A program made the translations under genes and the position numbers. The notes under the pieces were generated by a model. It searched no databases. It was given only the letters and a program-made list of their open reading frames with translations, and was not told where the DNA came from. A stretch of DNA of 24,068 bases from an uncultured virus (IMG/VR IMGVR_UViG_2061766007_000155) (taxonomy: Duplodnaviria; Heunggongvirae; Uroviricota; Caudoviricetes), in IMG/VR virus record IMGVR_UViG_2061766007_000155; one strand, 5' to 3'. Positions 8,315 through 18,014 of the stretch are shown here, in pieces; positions within the stretch are counted from its first letter, which is position 1; each line of letters starts with the position of its first letter.

Positions 8315-10981
8315 CTACACTAGACCCAGAGGCAATACTATTATCGTTGCTTTGAACGTAGTTGCCGCATAGCCAGTCGTTGTATACGAATTTGGCAGGA
8401 CTTGGAATGTCATAGTAATTGGGTGGCTAGAAACAGGTTGATTGCTAGCGCGCCCGATGTGGAACATCATAAATGTATTATTGCTCAATGCCGGGAACGG
8501 GCCATACTGTTCCGCTAGGTAATTATCCACTTCAACTGTAACTTTCTCAAGCACATTAATTGCGCTCCCGGAATCACCAGAGTTTGTCTTTACCGATTCA
8601 CGAATAAAGAAAAACATTAAAGCACCTGTAGGCCAATCTTTAACAGGAACGTACGTTCCTAATGAAATCGTATGTTCATTCGCATTGGCCGGAATGTTAA
8701 TGTCCACCATCCTGGCATAGGAATTTCCATCATTTGGATGGCTTGTTGTTCGACATCCGGGAAGTAAATCCATCCCAACTCGCACCGGAGTGGCATTCCG
8801 CACATAGCGTTCAACATAATCATGTACATAGTATGTTGATGGGAAGAAGGTCATGTGGCCCAAGCCAGAATTCGTTAATCCAGCACCCTGGGCGGTAGAA
8901 CGGTTCGTTATTGTTCGAGCTTTTGTAGTAAGTGCCAGCATACCATCACGCTCATCGCAACTGATGTATGACCCGTATTCATCGAAATCACCCCAGGCAC
9001 CATCGGTATAGTGCTTGAAATATAATGTCTGGCCCTTTGACCCAAACTTAATAAAATTCAATTCACCCGGAATACATGATGGCATTAATGGATTTGCTGT
9101 TGACGTAGCACTAGCATCGATTAATCGCAGTGACATTGAGCCTGCAGTCAAATAGCCAAGATTTGTTTGCCCAAATGACCTAGTGTCAGACCCAAGCAGA
9201 GTTGCACGCGAAAGAGACTCGACGGTTGAATAAACTGAACCTAATGCAGTAGGCAATTGTCTGGTGTAGAAACTATTTGTACCACTACTGTCAGTTTGCG
9301 TAGTATTAGACGGATTAACCGCAAACATCGTATAGGTATTATCAGCATATGGCGTAATCGCATAGCTTTGTACATATTCATGGTTGAGGTAAGTTGCCTT
9401 TCCCTCATCAGACCTGATAAGTTGAACGGTCGGGGTATTTGTATTATCTATGAGGCATTGAATTGTTGCGTTTGTACTTCCGGACGTCTGGTTTTTATAA
9501 ATACCATCAACAACCTGGCCGGTACCGGTACACATGATGGTATTGTCACTGCTGATAGAGATGCCAGAGCCGGCAGTAAGCTTACCTTGGAGTTTTACAG
9601 GCTTTGATGTGACAGTTTCATCTGAATTCACTGTAATAAAATTAACATTAGCGTTATTTCCATTCAAGCTCAGTTGGTAATATTCATAGTAAGAGCTTGC
9701 TTGCTGATGGCCCAATGAATAATAATCATAATTTCCGCGTGTCAGGTCTTTCACATAAATAGGGGTGTCTCCGTCAGCTAGAATATTGCTCGTTGACGTA
9801 AATGGTAACTGAATATTAGAAGATACTGGCCTGAGTTCGCGTGGTTCGGTTGCCTGTGTCCAGGTTGTCCACTTCGGAACCAAGTTGTTACCTTGATAAT
9901 CGAGTGTGAGTAATTTATATTGGCTTGAACTGTCCTGCGGAGGGTCCGGGATGGCCGTGGCAAATGACCATTCAAGATATTTGCTGCCATCTAATCGTAG
10001 TACGCTCCCTGGCGCTGCATCGTCTGTTAATGGAGCCACATAGCCAAGAGGAACCGATGAATCGTCCTGCAGTATCCCCGATACGGATTGGTCTGAAGTA
10101 CTAATCTTTAGGGTTTTTAGATTATTTGCTGTTGCACCAGACACTTTCTGCACGGTTGTGATAGCTGGCTTATTCAGAATATATGCGTCAGAACTGGCAT
10201 TAGTCTCGTTCCAGTTAGACTGTACGTTAACTTCAGCTCCGCTCTCTATNNNNNNNNNNTCATGTACCAGGTCACTGGCGGTTCCACCGGTAGTCAGTGC
10301 ACCACCAGTTCCGGTAACGACTAGCTTATCGGCCGCTGTACCGATTTTTCCGTCCTTTGTGATTGCCCCATGACCGTGGTCGCCTGCTGCCGCCGTCGTA
10401 CTGGACGTTCCCAGGGAAGGCATGGTGATTGTCCGCTCGGTAACCGCGGAGACATGGCTTTTTGAATCAGTGCTAATCTGGTTGACCTTGAAGGAACCGC
10501 CGAATGTCAGTGTCACGTCACCCGTGGGTACGCCGGTCTTCGAGGCGGCGCTCCCGTCGGGGTGTTCATAGTTGTTAAAGGATGCCCAGGTACCGGCCTT
10601 GGTAAGGGCTTCCGTGTCAGTGCTTCCGTCGAACTCAATGGTAGTTTTCTTGACGATGTTGTTGTCGCTATAGTCTACTATCAGGAGGGTATCCTTGTTC
10701 CCGATTGCGGTGGCGTTGTCGGTAACCTTTCCATCGGTAGTGATGTTACCGTGGCTATGGTTCAGCGAAGTGGCTGTACTATTGTTGCAGGTAAGTTCGA
10801 TTGCCGACTCACGGTTGAACTGTACCTTGTGCTTGTGGTTATTCAGATTAGTCTGTACGGTCTCGACGGCTCCGGTAGATGCCGCGTCGATGTTGGCACG
10901 AGCCTGTGTCTTGTTGTCAGAAGACAATACCTCTGTCTGGTCTACGTTCCACAATACCGAAGGTATTTTTGTATTAGCCAT
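8315..10981 (-). CDS. Long tail/head fibre protein, variant B (905 aa when the gap is filled from 6959-6899)
   Basis: GAAAGG RBS and ATG at 10981. Contains HxH motifs (HKH, HSHGNITTDG, DHGHGAIT), KTQARANIDA, AEVNVQSNWNET..SDAYILNKP and QGKLTAGSGISI. Reconstructed length is 2718 nt in frame. Confidence 0.8.
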   Translation of the reverse strand: MANTKIPSVLWNVDQTEVLSSDNKTQARANIDAASTGAVETVQTNLNNHKHKVQFNRESAIELTCNNSTATSLNHSHGNITTDGKVTDNATAIGNKDTLLIVDYSDNNIVKKTTIEFDGSTDTEALTKAGTWASFNNYEHPDGSAASKTGVPTGDVTLTFGGSFKVNQISTDSKSHVSAVTERTITMPSLGTSSTTAAAGDHGHGAITKDGKIGTAADKLVVTGTGGALTTGGTASDLVHXXXXIESGAEVNVQSNWNETNASSDAYILNKPAITTVQKVSGATANNLKTLKISTSDQSVSGILQDDSSVPLGYVAPLTDDAAPGSVLRLDGSKYLEWSFATAIPDPPQDSSSQYKLLTLDYQGNNLVPKWTTWTQATEPRELRPVSSNIQLPFTSTSNILADGDTPIYVKDLTRGNYDYYSLGHQQASSYYEYYQLSLNGNNANVNFITVNSDETVTSKPVKLQGKLTAGSGISISSDNTIMCTGTGQVVDGIYKNQTSGSTNATIQCLIDNTNTPTVQLIRSDEGKATYLNHEYVQSYAITPYADNTYTMFAVNPSNTTQTDSSGTNSFYTRQLPTALGSVYSTVESLSRATLLGSDTRSFGQTNLGYLTAGSMSLRLIDASATSTANPLMPSCIPGELNFIKFGSKGQTLYFKHYTDGAWGDFDEYGSYISCDERDGMLALTTKARTITNRSTAQGAGLTNSGLGHMTFFPSTYYVHDYVERYVRNATPVRVGMDLLPGCRTTSHPNDGNSYARMVDINIPANANEHTISLGTYVPVKDWPTGALMFFFIRESVKTNSGDSGSAINVLEKVTVEVDNYLAEQYGPFPALSNNTFMMFHIGRASNQPVSSHPITMTFQVLPNSYTTTGYAATTFKATIIVLPLGLV

Positions 10982-11009
10982 CTGGTTACCTTTCAATCCT
11001 TATACAAAC

Positions 11010-11053
11010 GGTAGTTTATACCGGGCTCCCCCAATCAAATGCTATAAACTACC
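11010..11053. promoter_or_regulatory. Divergent pair of TATAAACT promoters forming an 11-bp inverted repeat
   Basis: GGTAGTTTATA (11010-11020) and TATAAACTACC (11043-11053) are perfect reverse complements with a 22-nt spacer. The 8-mers lie 31 and 29 nt from the two divergent ATGs. Confidence 0.7.
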
Positions 11054-11079
11054 AACAACGACATACCGGGTCCGGCAAA

Positions 11080-12861
11080 ATGGCAGAAAAGTTAATAAAG
11101 AAGCTCAACAACAGGGAATTCTACGCGAAATATTCGGACTACGCCGCCATGGACGAGGACGGCGAGCGCCTCTCGGACCGCAAGGTCAAGTCCGTGTCGC
11201 TGGACGCGGCCTCGGGAACCATGACCGTCACCAGCACGGACGGCTCCCAGGCAATCCCGGTGGTCCCCGATGCACCGCACACGCAGGGCCTCGTATTGAG
11301 AACCAACGCGGACGGAACATATGCATGGGGAGCGGCCGGCGCCGAACCGGGCCGGGGCAGACTCCTTATGAGACTCGGGAGTGCACCGGAAGCTACCGAT
11401 ACCGGGTTCAACGCCAACTCGGAGACCGATGTTACTGTGGACATCCCGGTAGCGTCCGCCGTCGCAGGGGAAGAGACTGATGGACTGATGACGTCCTCGG
11501 ACAAGTCGAAACTTGACGGAATCGAGACGGGGGCACAGGCAAACAAAATTGAGACTGTGCAACTGAACGGTACGGCGGTAACGCCTACCGGAACGACGGT
11601 GAATATCCAGTTGGACAAGAGTTCGGTCGGTCTCGGCAATGTCGAGAACACGAGCGACCGTGACAAGCCGATTTCAACGGCTACGCAGTCCGCGCTTGAC
11701 GAGAAAGCCGGAAAGGCCACCACGCTGGCCGGGTACGGCATCACCGACGTCTACACGAAGACGGAAACCGGTACCCTGCTCGACGGAAAGGTGGACACGG
11801 TAACCGGCAAGGGTCTTTCCACCAACGACTACACCACCGAGGAAAAGAACAAGCTTACCGGCATCGAGACGGGGGCGCAGGCCAACGTAATAGAATCCGT
11901 CAAGGTAGACGGCACGGCATTGACCGTAGATACGAACAAGGCAGTGAACATCCCGTTGGCGTCTGCCACCGATTCGGGGAACGAGACTGTTTATGTGACG
12001 GGTGTGGTGACCGGTCAGGACAAGGAAAAATGGGACAGCTGGGAAACCATTTCGGTGACTATACCAGACCATTCATTGGATGGTTTTCTGTACTTGACCT
12101 ACTTCGAGAATCTTGAACCTTACGCCGTATCCAGAACTACCGATACCCCTGTTATCGGTGATATTACTTACTACTGGCATTACACCGGACATGCGACGGT
12201 GCCATCTACTATCAATGAATATGTGGAAAGTTCCTACACGGGCTTACCTGCAATGACCGTGCTAGCCAGTGATAGTAATAGCATGACGGTAGAAAACCGC
12301 CAAGGGTTTGCCGAACGCAGCACCGTACTAGACCTTCTGCAAAGCGTAGAAACATTCTCGTTTGAGGTCATACTGAATATAGGCTCATTTGAGGGTCTAT
12401 GGGGCGGTTTGGCTTTCGGGTGCTCGGCAGGCGAGTCAAACTATGGCATGAATGTCAATGTCTATGAGTCCTCCCGCGGTCTCGGCATCGGCCTTCCGGG
12501 GTGGTACGGGACTGGGACGAATCGCTGCACGGCAACGAGTAATTTCGATTTGAAATCTTATGATTCCGGTAGGGATGTCCATGCGCTTCCCAAGGACGCA
12601 AATAAACGCCGGGGTATCGGCATACACCACCTTGCCGTTGTTGTCGACCGTACTGCCAACGAGGCTCGCGGATACTTCGACGGGGAACTGGCCATACGAC
12701 GCCCGACAATCTCAGAGATTGGTAACATTGCCAATTACTCGTTCACCAACGACATGAACGACACCTTGCAATACACGCAGTTTGCAATCCGAGAGGGCGA
12801 CTGCTCTACCAACGGTGGCCTCAACTATCCGGTTCCGACCAAGCCGTATGTCAAATTCTAA
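11080..12861 (+). CDS. Fibre protein with C-terminal LamG/ConA-like head, 593 aa
   Basis: Fibre repeats GLMTSSDKSKLDGIETGAQ, VGLGNVENTSDRDKPISTATQSAL, TTLAGYGITD and GKGLSTNDYTTEEKNKL. Head contains HHLAVVVD...RGYFDGEL, a LamG-like pattern. Confidence 0.8.
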   Translation: MAEKLIKKLNNREFYAKYSDYAAMDEDGERLSDRKVKSVSLDAASGTMTVTSTDGSQAIPVVPDAPHTQGLVLRTNADGTYAWGAAGAEPGRGRLLMRLGSAPEATDTGFNANSETDVTVDIPVASAVAGEETDGLMTSSDKSKLDGIETGAQANKIETVQLNGTAVTPTGTTVNIQLDKSSVGLGNVENTSDRDKPISTATQSALDEKAGKATTLAGYGITDVYTKTETGTLLDGKVDTVTGKGLSTNDYTTEEKNKLTGIETGAQANVIESVKVDGTALTVDTNKAVNIPLASATDSGNETVYVTGVVTGQDKEKWDSWETISVTIPDHSLDGFLYLTYFENLEPYAVSRTTDTPVIGDITYYWHYTGHATVPSTINEYVESSYTGLPAMTVLASDSNSMTVENRQGFAERSTVLDLLQSVETFSFEVILNIGSFEGLWGGLAFGCSAGESNYGMNVNVYESSRGLGIGLPGWYGTGTNRCTATSNFDLKSYDSGRDVHALPKDANKRRGIGIHHLAVVVDRTANEARGYFDGELAIRRPTISEIGNIANYSFTNDMNDTLQYTQFAIREGDCSTNGGLNYPVPTKPYVKF

Positions 12862-12879
12862 TTATTCGTGGAGTATCTA

Positions 12880-13884
12880 ATGGCCAATAATCAGATAAAT
12901 TTGTGGAAAAAGTACAACGGAAAGGGATTCTCCGCAGAACATGCGGACTATGCCGAGAAAGCTACTGCCGACGAGTATGGCAACGCAATACATGAGACCT
13001 ACGCCACGAAGACGGAATTGCCAGATATTACTGGAAAGGCGGACAAGGTCACCGGCGGTACGGAAAATCACGTAGTTTCCCTCGATGCTGCCGGTAATAT
13101 CAAGGACTCCGGTATACCGGCCACTACCGCCGCAGAAGGAACTTCTTCGCTTGTAGTGACCAACACCACGTCGAACAACGCAACCACGACTACATACGAA
13201 TGGAAAGGGTGGACTAGCAAGACAGTGCAAGTACCGTACGAATACGTGGTCATTGGCGATAGGGCATACAAGACAGTCACTATCGGAAACCGGAAGTGGA
13301 TGGCGGAAGATTTGGATTACATGCCCGAAACCGGAATAACTCTGGTTACCGAGCGTTTCGATGCCAACCACGTCATTGATTCATCGCAATCCGTAGCCTG
13401 CTACATGAATTTCGACCAGGCAAATTCACGTGATAAGAACCTTGGATTGCTGTACAGCTTGAAGGCAGCCAAGTATCTGATAGCCAACCAGTCTACATTA
13501 TTCCCGTCGGGCTGGCGTATTCCAGTAAAGGCCGACTTCCAGTCTATAGAATCTGCACTCAACATTGTATATTCGTCAACTGCGCCGGAATTAAGAACAC
13601 CGAATTTAAGTTGGTGTAATAATGAATGGAATTATTTCAATCCATCTAACTCATCTGGCTTTACTGCATTGCCGGGTGGGGGCATTGATTGGAATTCTAA
13701 TAATGGTAACAATTTCTTTGGTGGATATACTTACCGCTATCGTTGCGTTGGTAATTATACGTGGAATATTAATTTGCCTAATGACTTATCCGGTATGACG
13801 CTATCTGGCACCGCGTATCACAATATCAACACGGAGTTCGGTGCCGGCATGGCATTGCCTATCCGCCTCGTAAAGGATGTTTAA
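12880..13884 (+). CDS. Short fibre protein with Fib_succ_major (FISUMP-like) head, 334 aa
   Basis: GGAG RBS. Shaft motifs KATADEYGNAIHETYATK and GKADKV..GNIKDSG. Head motifs YKTVTIGNRKWMAEDL, GLLY, PSGWRIP, SGFTALPGG and IRLVKD. Confidence 0.85.
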   Translation: MANNQINLWKKYNGKGFSAEHADYAEKATADEYGNAIHETYATKTELPDITGKADKVTGGTENHVVSLDAAGNIKDSGIPATTAAEGTSSLVVTNTTSNNATTTTYEWKGWTSKTVQVPYEYVVIGDRAYKTVTIGNRKWMAEDLDYMPETGITLVTERFDANHVIDSSQSVACYMNFDQANSRDKNLGLLYSLKAAKYLIANQSTLFPSGWRIPVKADFQSIESALNIVYSSTAPELRTPNLSWCNNEWNYFNPSNSSGFTALPGGGIDWNSNNGNNFFGGYTYRYRCVGNYTWNINLPNDLSGMTLSGTAYHNINTEFGAGMALPIRLVKDV

Positions 13885-13885
13885 T

Positions 13886-15547
13886 ATGGCAGAAAAACCC
13901 AAACAAAATATAGACATGTGGACTTCGTTTGACGGAAAAGGCTTTTCCGCCAAGCACGCCGAATACGCCGAGCGTGCAACCACCGACGAAATGGGAAACG
14001 ACCTCACCCTCACCGTCGAGAGCAACAAGGTCACCGCAATCGGCGGAAAGCTTATTTCCGCAGTAGCCCCCGCCGAGATGACCGGTGCCACCGCATCTAC
14101 GGACGGTGAATCCGGGCTAGTCCCCGCGCCCGCAGCCGGGGACCAGGACAAGGTGCTACGGGGAGACGGCACATGGGTGAACGTGCCCGTGGCTGTTGCG
14201 TCCACCTCCGGCGCAGGCGGAACCGACGGCCTTATGCCGGCCACCGACAAGGAGAAGCTGGACGGGGCGAAGTCCTTCTCCACGGTCAAGGTAACCGACT
14301 CGGGAGTCACCGCCACTCTTCCGGCAAACTCGCTCAACGAGGACATCGAACTGGTTGCCGGTGACAATGTCACCCTCGAGGCCGGGCTGGTAATCGGCGG
14401 TCGCCAGTACAAGACCGTCAAGATTGGCAACCAGGTGTGGATGGCGGAGAACCTCGACTTCCTCCCGGATGGAATCGAACTTCATGAGGATTCCCCTGCC
14501 GATGCTGATTTCGCGACGGCTGGCGCCTGGTACTACGGCAACGACAAGGTTACGGCGCAGTCACGCGGCTATGGGCTGATATATAATTCGGAGGCAGTCG
14601 ATTACCTGGAATCTAACAAGGCCACTTATTTCGATGGATGGCACGTGCCTACCAAGGCTGACATGGATGTCTTTGTACAGAACAACCGTGAATCGCTTCG
14701 CGCGTCAGTTCCTTGGGCTTATAGCGACTGGGTGAACGGTACTGCAACCAACACTACCGGGTTCACTGCGATACCGTGCGGCGATATTCTTGATGGTACT
14801 GGTTCAAATCCTCCATATTTTCATGGGGGCTGCAACAGGATGGAACTATGGTCAGCAACGGTAAACGGGGCAGGAAACCAGTATTTTGTGCCAATTTCCG
14901 GTACTTCAACCTTCTATGTATCCGATAATTCCAAAAGCGCAAGCTATGCACGTTCTATCCGTCTCGTCAAGGACGACTCCACCCTCCCCAACAAGGTAAG
15001 AATCTCAAGCGACGCCGCACTGGAAAAGTCAATCTACGGAACATACATAGCAGGCGAGCAGGGTGAAGGCATCGAGGGAGAGTCCGGGTTGCTGAGCCTC
15101 GGCGAGAACTCCGTGGAACTCTACGACACGTTCAAGGGTGTCAAGTTCGGCGCCGAGCGTGCCGTCGCCGACCGCGACGGCAACATCATCGACGAGACGT
15201 ACGCAAAGACGTCCGATGTCACGGCCGCACTTTCCGGGTACGCAACCAAGTTCGTCCCGGACACGAAGACGGCCGCTGCATCGGTCACCGTCGACAACAA
15301 CAAGGTCACCTCCATCGCCGGGGTCACCGGGTCAATCGCCATTGACATCTCCGTGGCTTCCGGGGAATGCTCCAACACCGCCGTGGAAATCACCACCGGT
15401 ACAGTCGCCGCCGACAGCGCGGTCACCGTCACTGTAAACAGTACGGCAGCAAGCCGTGCCGCCGCCACTGACGGGAAGATTGAATCCAACAAGAAGTACC
15501 AGGTGGTCTGCGTGGGCACATGCTGGACAATGGCGGAGTTCGGGTGA
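13886..15547 (+). CDS. Fibre/adapter protein with an internal FISUMP-like domain and a C-terminal Cys-containing beta domain, 553 aa
   Basis: AAAGGA RBS. Shaft motifs GLVPAPAAGDQDKVLRGDGTW and GLMPATDKEKLDG. FISUMP at about 14390-14974 (YKTVKIGNQVWMAENL...GWHVP...GFTAIPCG...SIRLVKD). Ends KYQVVCVGTCWTMAEFG. Confidence 0.85.
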   Translation: MAEKPKQNIDMWTSFDGKGFSAKHAEYAERATTDEMGNDLTLTVESNKVTAIGGKLISAVAPAEMTGATASTDGESGLVPAPAAGDQDKVLRGDGTWVNVPVAVASTSGAGGTDGLMPATDKEKLDGAKSFSTVKVTDSGVTATLPANSLNEDIELVAGDNVTLEAGLVIGGRQYKTVKIGNQVWMAENLDFLPDGIELHEDSPADADFATAGAWYYGNDKVTAQSRGYGLIYNSEAVDYLESNKATYFDGWHVPTKADMDVFVQNNRESLRASVPWAYSDWVNGTATNTTGFTAIPCGDILDGTGSNPPYFHGGCNRMELWSATVNGAGNQYFVPISGTSTFYVSDNSKSASYARSIRLVKDDSTLPNKVRISSDAALEKSIYGTYIAGEQGEGIEGESGLLSLGENSVELYDTFKGVKFGAERAVADRDGNIIDETYAKTSDVTAALSGYATKFVPDTKTAAASVTVDNNKVTSIAGVTGSIAIDISVASGECSNTAVEITTGTVAADSAVTVTVNSTAASRAAATDGKIESNKKYQVVCVGTCWTMAEFG

Positions 15548-16203
15548 TGATTGTATCGGCTGGTATTCTTGCATTGTCCACCTCGGCATTGCCTGATGGA
15601 TATACACGGGTGAATTATATCGAGAACAACTCCGGGGCGACATACTTCAATACCGGTATTGGATTGAACAAGACTGATACCGTAACCGTAGAGTGTGTAG
15701 TATATCCGGAATCAAACCATATCTATGCGCCGCTTTTTGGTGGCCGTGAAGGGCAATTTGTAAACAACTATACATTGGGTGTGAAGTATGATTCAGCGGC
15801 AAATTGGTACCTGGAAAAGGACTATACGATGCAGCGGTGGTCTAATTATTCCATGCTAAACGTGCACTGCCTCTTAACGACATATGTAAACGGAACGCAC
15901 AGCTATCTAGATGTAAAGACTATAAGTACCGGCGAGGTGTCGACCTATCAAAACGATAACATTGGCGCTGGTATTACTCCGGTATGCTACCTGTTCTCAA
16001 TGAACAACAATGGCTCAAAATACACAGGTTCAACTTACGGTAAAGTGTTCGATTTCGCTATCTACACTAATGATGGCACCGAACGATGCCATCTTGTGCC
16101 GACTTTGCGGAATTCCGATAGGGTTTCCGGGTTTTATGACATTACGAATGACAGGTTTATTACTAATGGCGCCGGCGCAACCGGCTACCATACGTACGGC
16201 TAG
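15547..16203 (+). CDS. Stand-alone LamG/ConA-like phage adhesin-type domain protein, 218 aa
   Basis: TGATG coupling to the upstream stop. The pattern LPDGYTRVNYIE...YFNTGI...HLVPTLRNSD..SGFYD is one I recognise from phage fibre-associated lectin-like domains. Confidence 0.7.
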   Translation: MIVSAGILALSTSALPDGYTRVNYIENNSGATYFNTGIGLNKTDTVTVECVVYPESNHIYAPLFGGREGQFVNNYTLGVKYDSAANWYLEKDYTMQRWSNYSMLNVHCLLTTYVNGTHSYLDVKTISTGEVSTYQNDNIGAGITPVCYLFSMNNNGSKYTGSTYGKVFDFAIYTNDGTERCHLVPTLRNSDRVSGFYDITNDRFITNGAGATGYHTYG

Positions 16204-16530
16204 TCAAGGGTAGGCAGAATCTCGTCGAACTGCCAGGACTTTTTCCTCTGCACGCTGTCGGACACCGTCATTGCTGTCGACATCTTCTCCGCATAGTCCT
16301 TCGGCCCCTTGTACCGGCAATGAAGTATCCTCATGCGTTCGTCGTACAACTTATACGGACATTTCGGTATGCCGACTCCCTGGATGTTCCTACCGTCGGG
16401 CAGCAGCGCCCCCAGGAACACCGAGTTCTTCGGCACATGTCCGCCACATGGATTCTCCCAGGTTTCCTCGTAGTGAATCCGGCCGTACCTCCTGACGATT
16501 GTCTTGACGGTACCGTCGCCAAGCCACATG
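16200..16530 (-). CDS. 3' end of the glycosyltransferase gene that starts at 21946
   Basis: Reverse-complement variant of 23411-23719 that continues to ...WQFDEILPTLD*. 16481-16530 is the exact reverse complement of 24019-24068. Confidence 0.85.
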
Positions 16531-16540
16531 NNNNNNNNNN

Positions 16541-17493
16541 ACAAGGTCCTAACGGTAGACGACCAAGGAGATACGGTTTGGAAAGCATTCGACCGCGATA
16601 TGGTCGGCACACAATTGCTCGACGAGCATGACGCTCCGATGCTTGACGAGACTACCCAGGAACCAATCTACGACGCCGGCGCCACCGACCAGCTCTGGAC
16701 CGGTTTCGCCGGGAAGGGATTCGGCGCCATCCGCACCTACGCAGACCAGGACGGCAACAACATCAAGACGACCTACCTCAAGAAGGTGGACTTGCCTGAA
16801 ATGGACGAGGCAACAGACACTGAAATTGACAACATGTTTACCGTCGTGATAGGCACTCGTACGTACCGCACAGTTACAATCGGCAACCAGGAATGGCTAG
16901 CCGAGAATCTTGATTACCAGTTCGACTGTAACGGTTCTCCGCTTCCGGTCGACGAGCCCGGTCTCATCGATACACCGGCCGCGTGGTACTATAACAACGA
17001 GCCAGCCACCTATGGAATCGACGGAACATACAAGTGCGGCCTTCTGTATAACCAATATGCGGTCATGTACTTGAATGAACACAAGGACACATTGTTGCCT
17101 GATGGTTGGCATGTTCCGTCCGGGTATGAATGGTCGACAATGTGGGATGAAATCGGCGAGCGTATTGGCAATATTGGCAGTAGATATAACTGTGGCCTCC
17201 TGTTGAGGGCGCGTGATGGTTCCGTGACTAGCAATTGGCCTAGCGGATGGTCCGGAACAGACAATTATGGTTTCACTGTTTTACCGGCTGGCCGCTATCT
17301 TAATTCGTCGTTCATCGAACTTGGAACTAGCGCAAATTTCTGGACAAAGGACTATACTGCGTCGAGTCGTGCAAGTTCGTTTGCCGGGTTTGGCGTTGGG
17401 GTAGATGCAGATACGCCAGAACAGTGTGTGGTGTATGGTACGACTAGTATGAATGAGGGCTTCTCGCTCCGTCTGGTCAGGACGATTTCATAA
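16541..17493 (+). CDS. Fibre protein with C-terminal FISUMP-like head (5' truncated at gap)
   Basis: KVLTVDDQGDTVW, ADQDGNNIKTTY and EATDTEIDNMF, then YRTVTIGNQEWLAENL...GLLYN...PDGWHVP...YGFTVLPAG...SLRLVR. Confidence 0.85.
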
Positions 17494-17506
17494 AGGAGTT
17501 TGACAA

Positions 17507-18004
17507 ATGGCTTCAGAAGATTACGTTAGTGTAAGGCGATTACAAAGGTTCTATGACAAGCTGAAAGTGTGGCTGTTCAAGAACTATGCACCCAAGTCGT
17601 ATGTAGACTCCGTAGCCAACGGTCTTGAGACCGCGCTGGATACCCTGAACGACACGATGGAGTCCGTGGCCCACGCCGGGATGTACGACCTCGGAACAAA
17701 GACCGAATCCAACTTGAGCAACGGAAAGCTGGCTATCGGCTGCGGCAACTCAACAACGGAACTGACCCTGACTACGGTGAACGCACTGACCGTACTGGCC
17801 AACCCCGGGGTGGCGAACTTCGCGCTGCTGGTGGACAACACCAGGAATTCGAACGCCGTAACCGTTACCGTCAAGGATAGCGCCGATGCGAATACGTTCT
17901 ACCAGTCTACAGATGCCGGCAACACGATTGGCGCCGGCAAGATTTGCCAGGTCACCTGCGTGGGCAAGTGCTGGACGCTGGCCGAGTTCGAGGCTCCGGC
18001 GTAG
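17507..18004 (+). CDS. Putative fibre adapter protein, 165 aa
   Basis: AAGGAG RBS. N-terminal helix YVSVRRLQRFYDKLK. C-terminal domain KICQVTCVGKCWTLAEF is homologous to the end of the 13886 protein. Confidence 0.75.
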   Translation: MASEDYVSVRRLQRFYDKLKVWLFKNYAPKSYVDSVANGLETALDTLNDTMESVAHAGMYDLGTKTESNLSNGKLAIGCGNSTTELTLTTVNALTVLANPGVANFALLVDNTRNSNAVTVTVKDSADANTFYQSTDAGNTIGAGKICQVTCVGKCWTLAEFEAPA

Positions 18005-18014
18005 GAGACTGGGT

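Noticed and set aside
16200..16610. 136-aa ORF, or a GT pseudogene
   Set aside because: The ORF spans a gap. The real part is the intact 3' end of the 21946 glycosyltransferase.
17886..18014. Programmed frameshift fusing adapter and head genes
   Set aside because: No slippery sequence, the two pairs would need opposite shifts (+1 here, -1 at 15547), and the heads have their own RBS or TGATG coupling.
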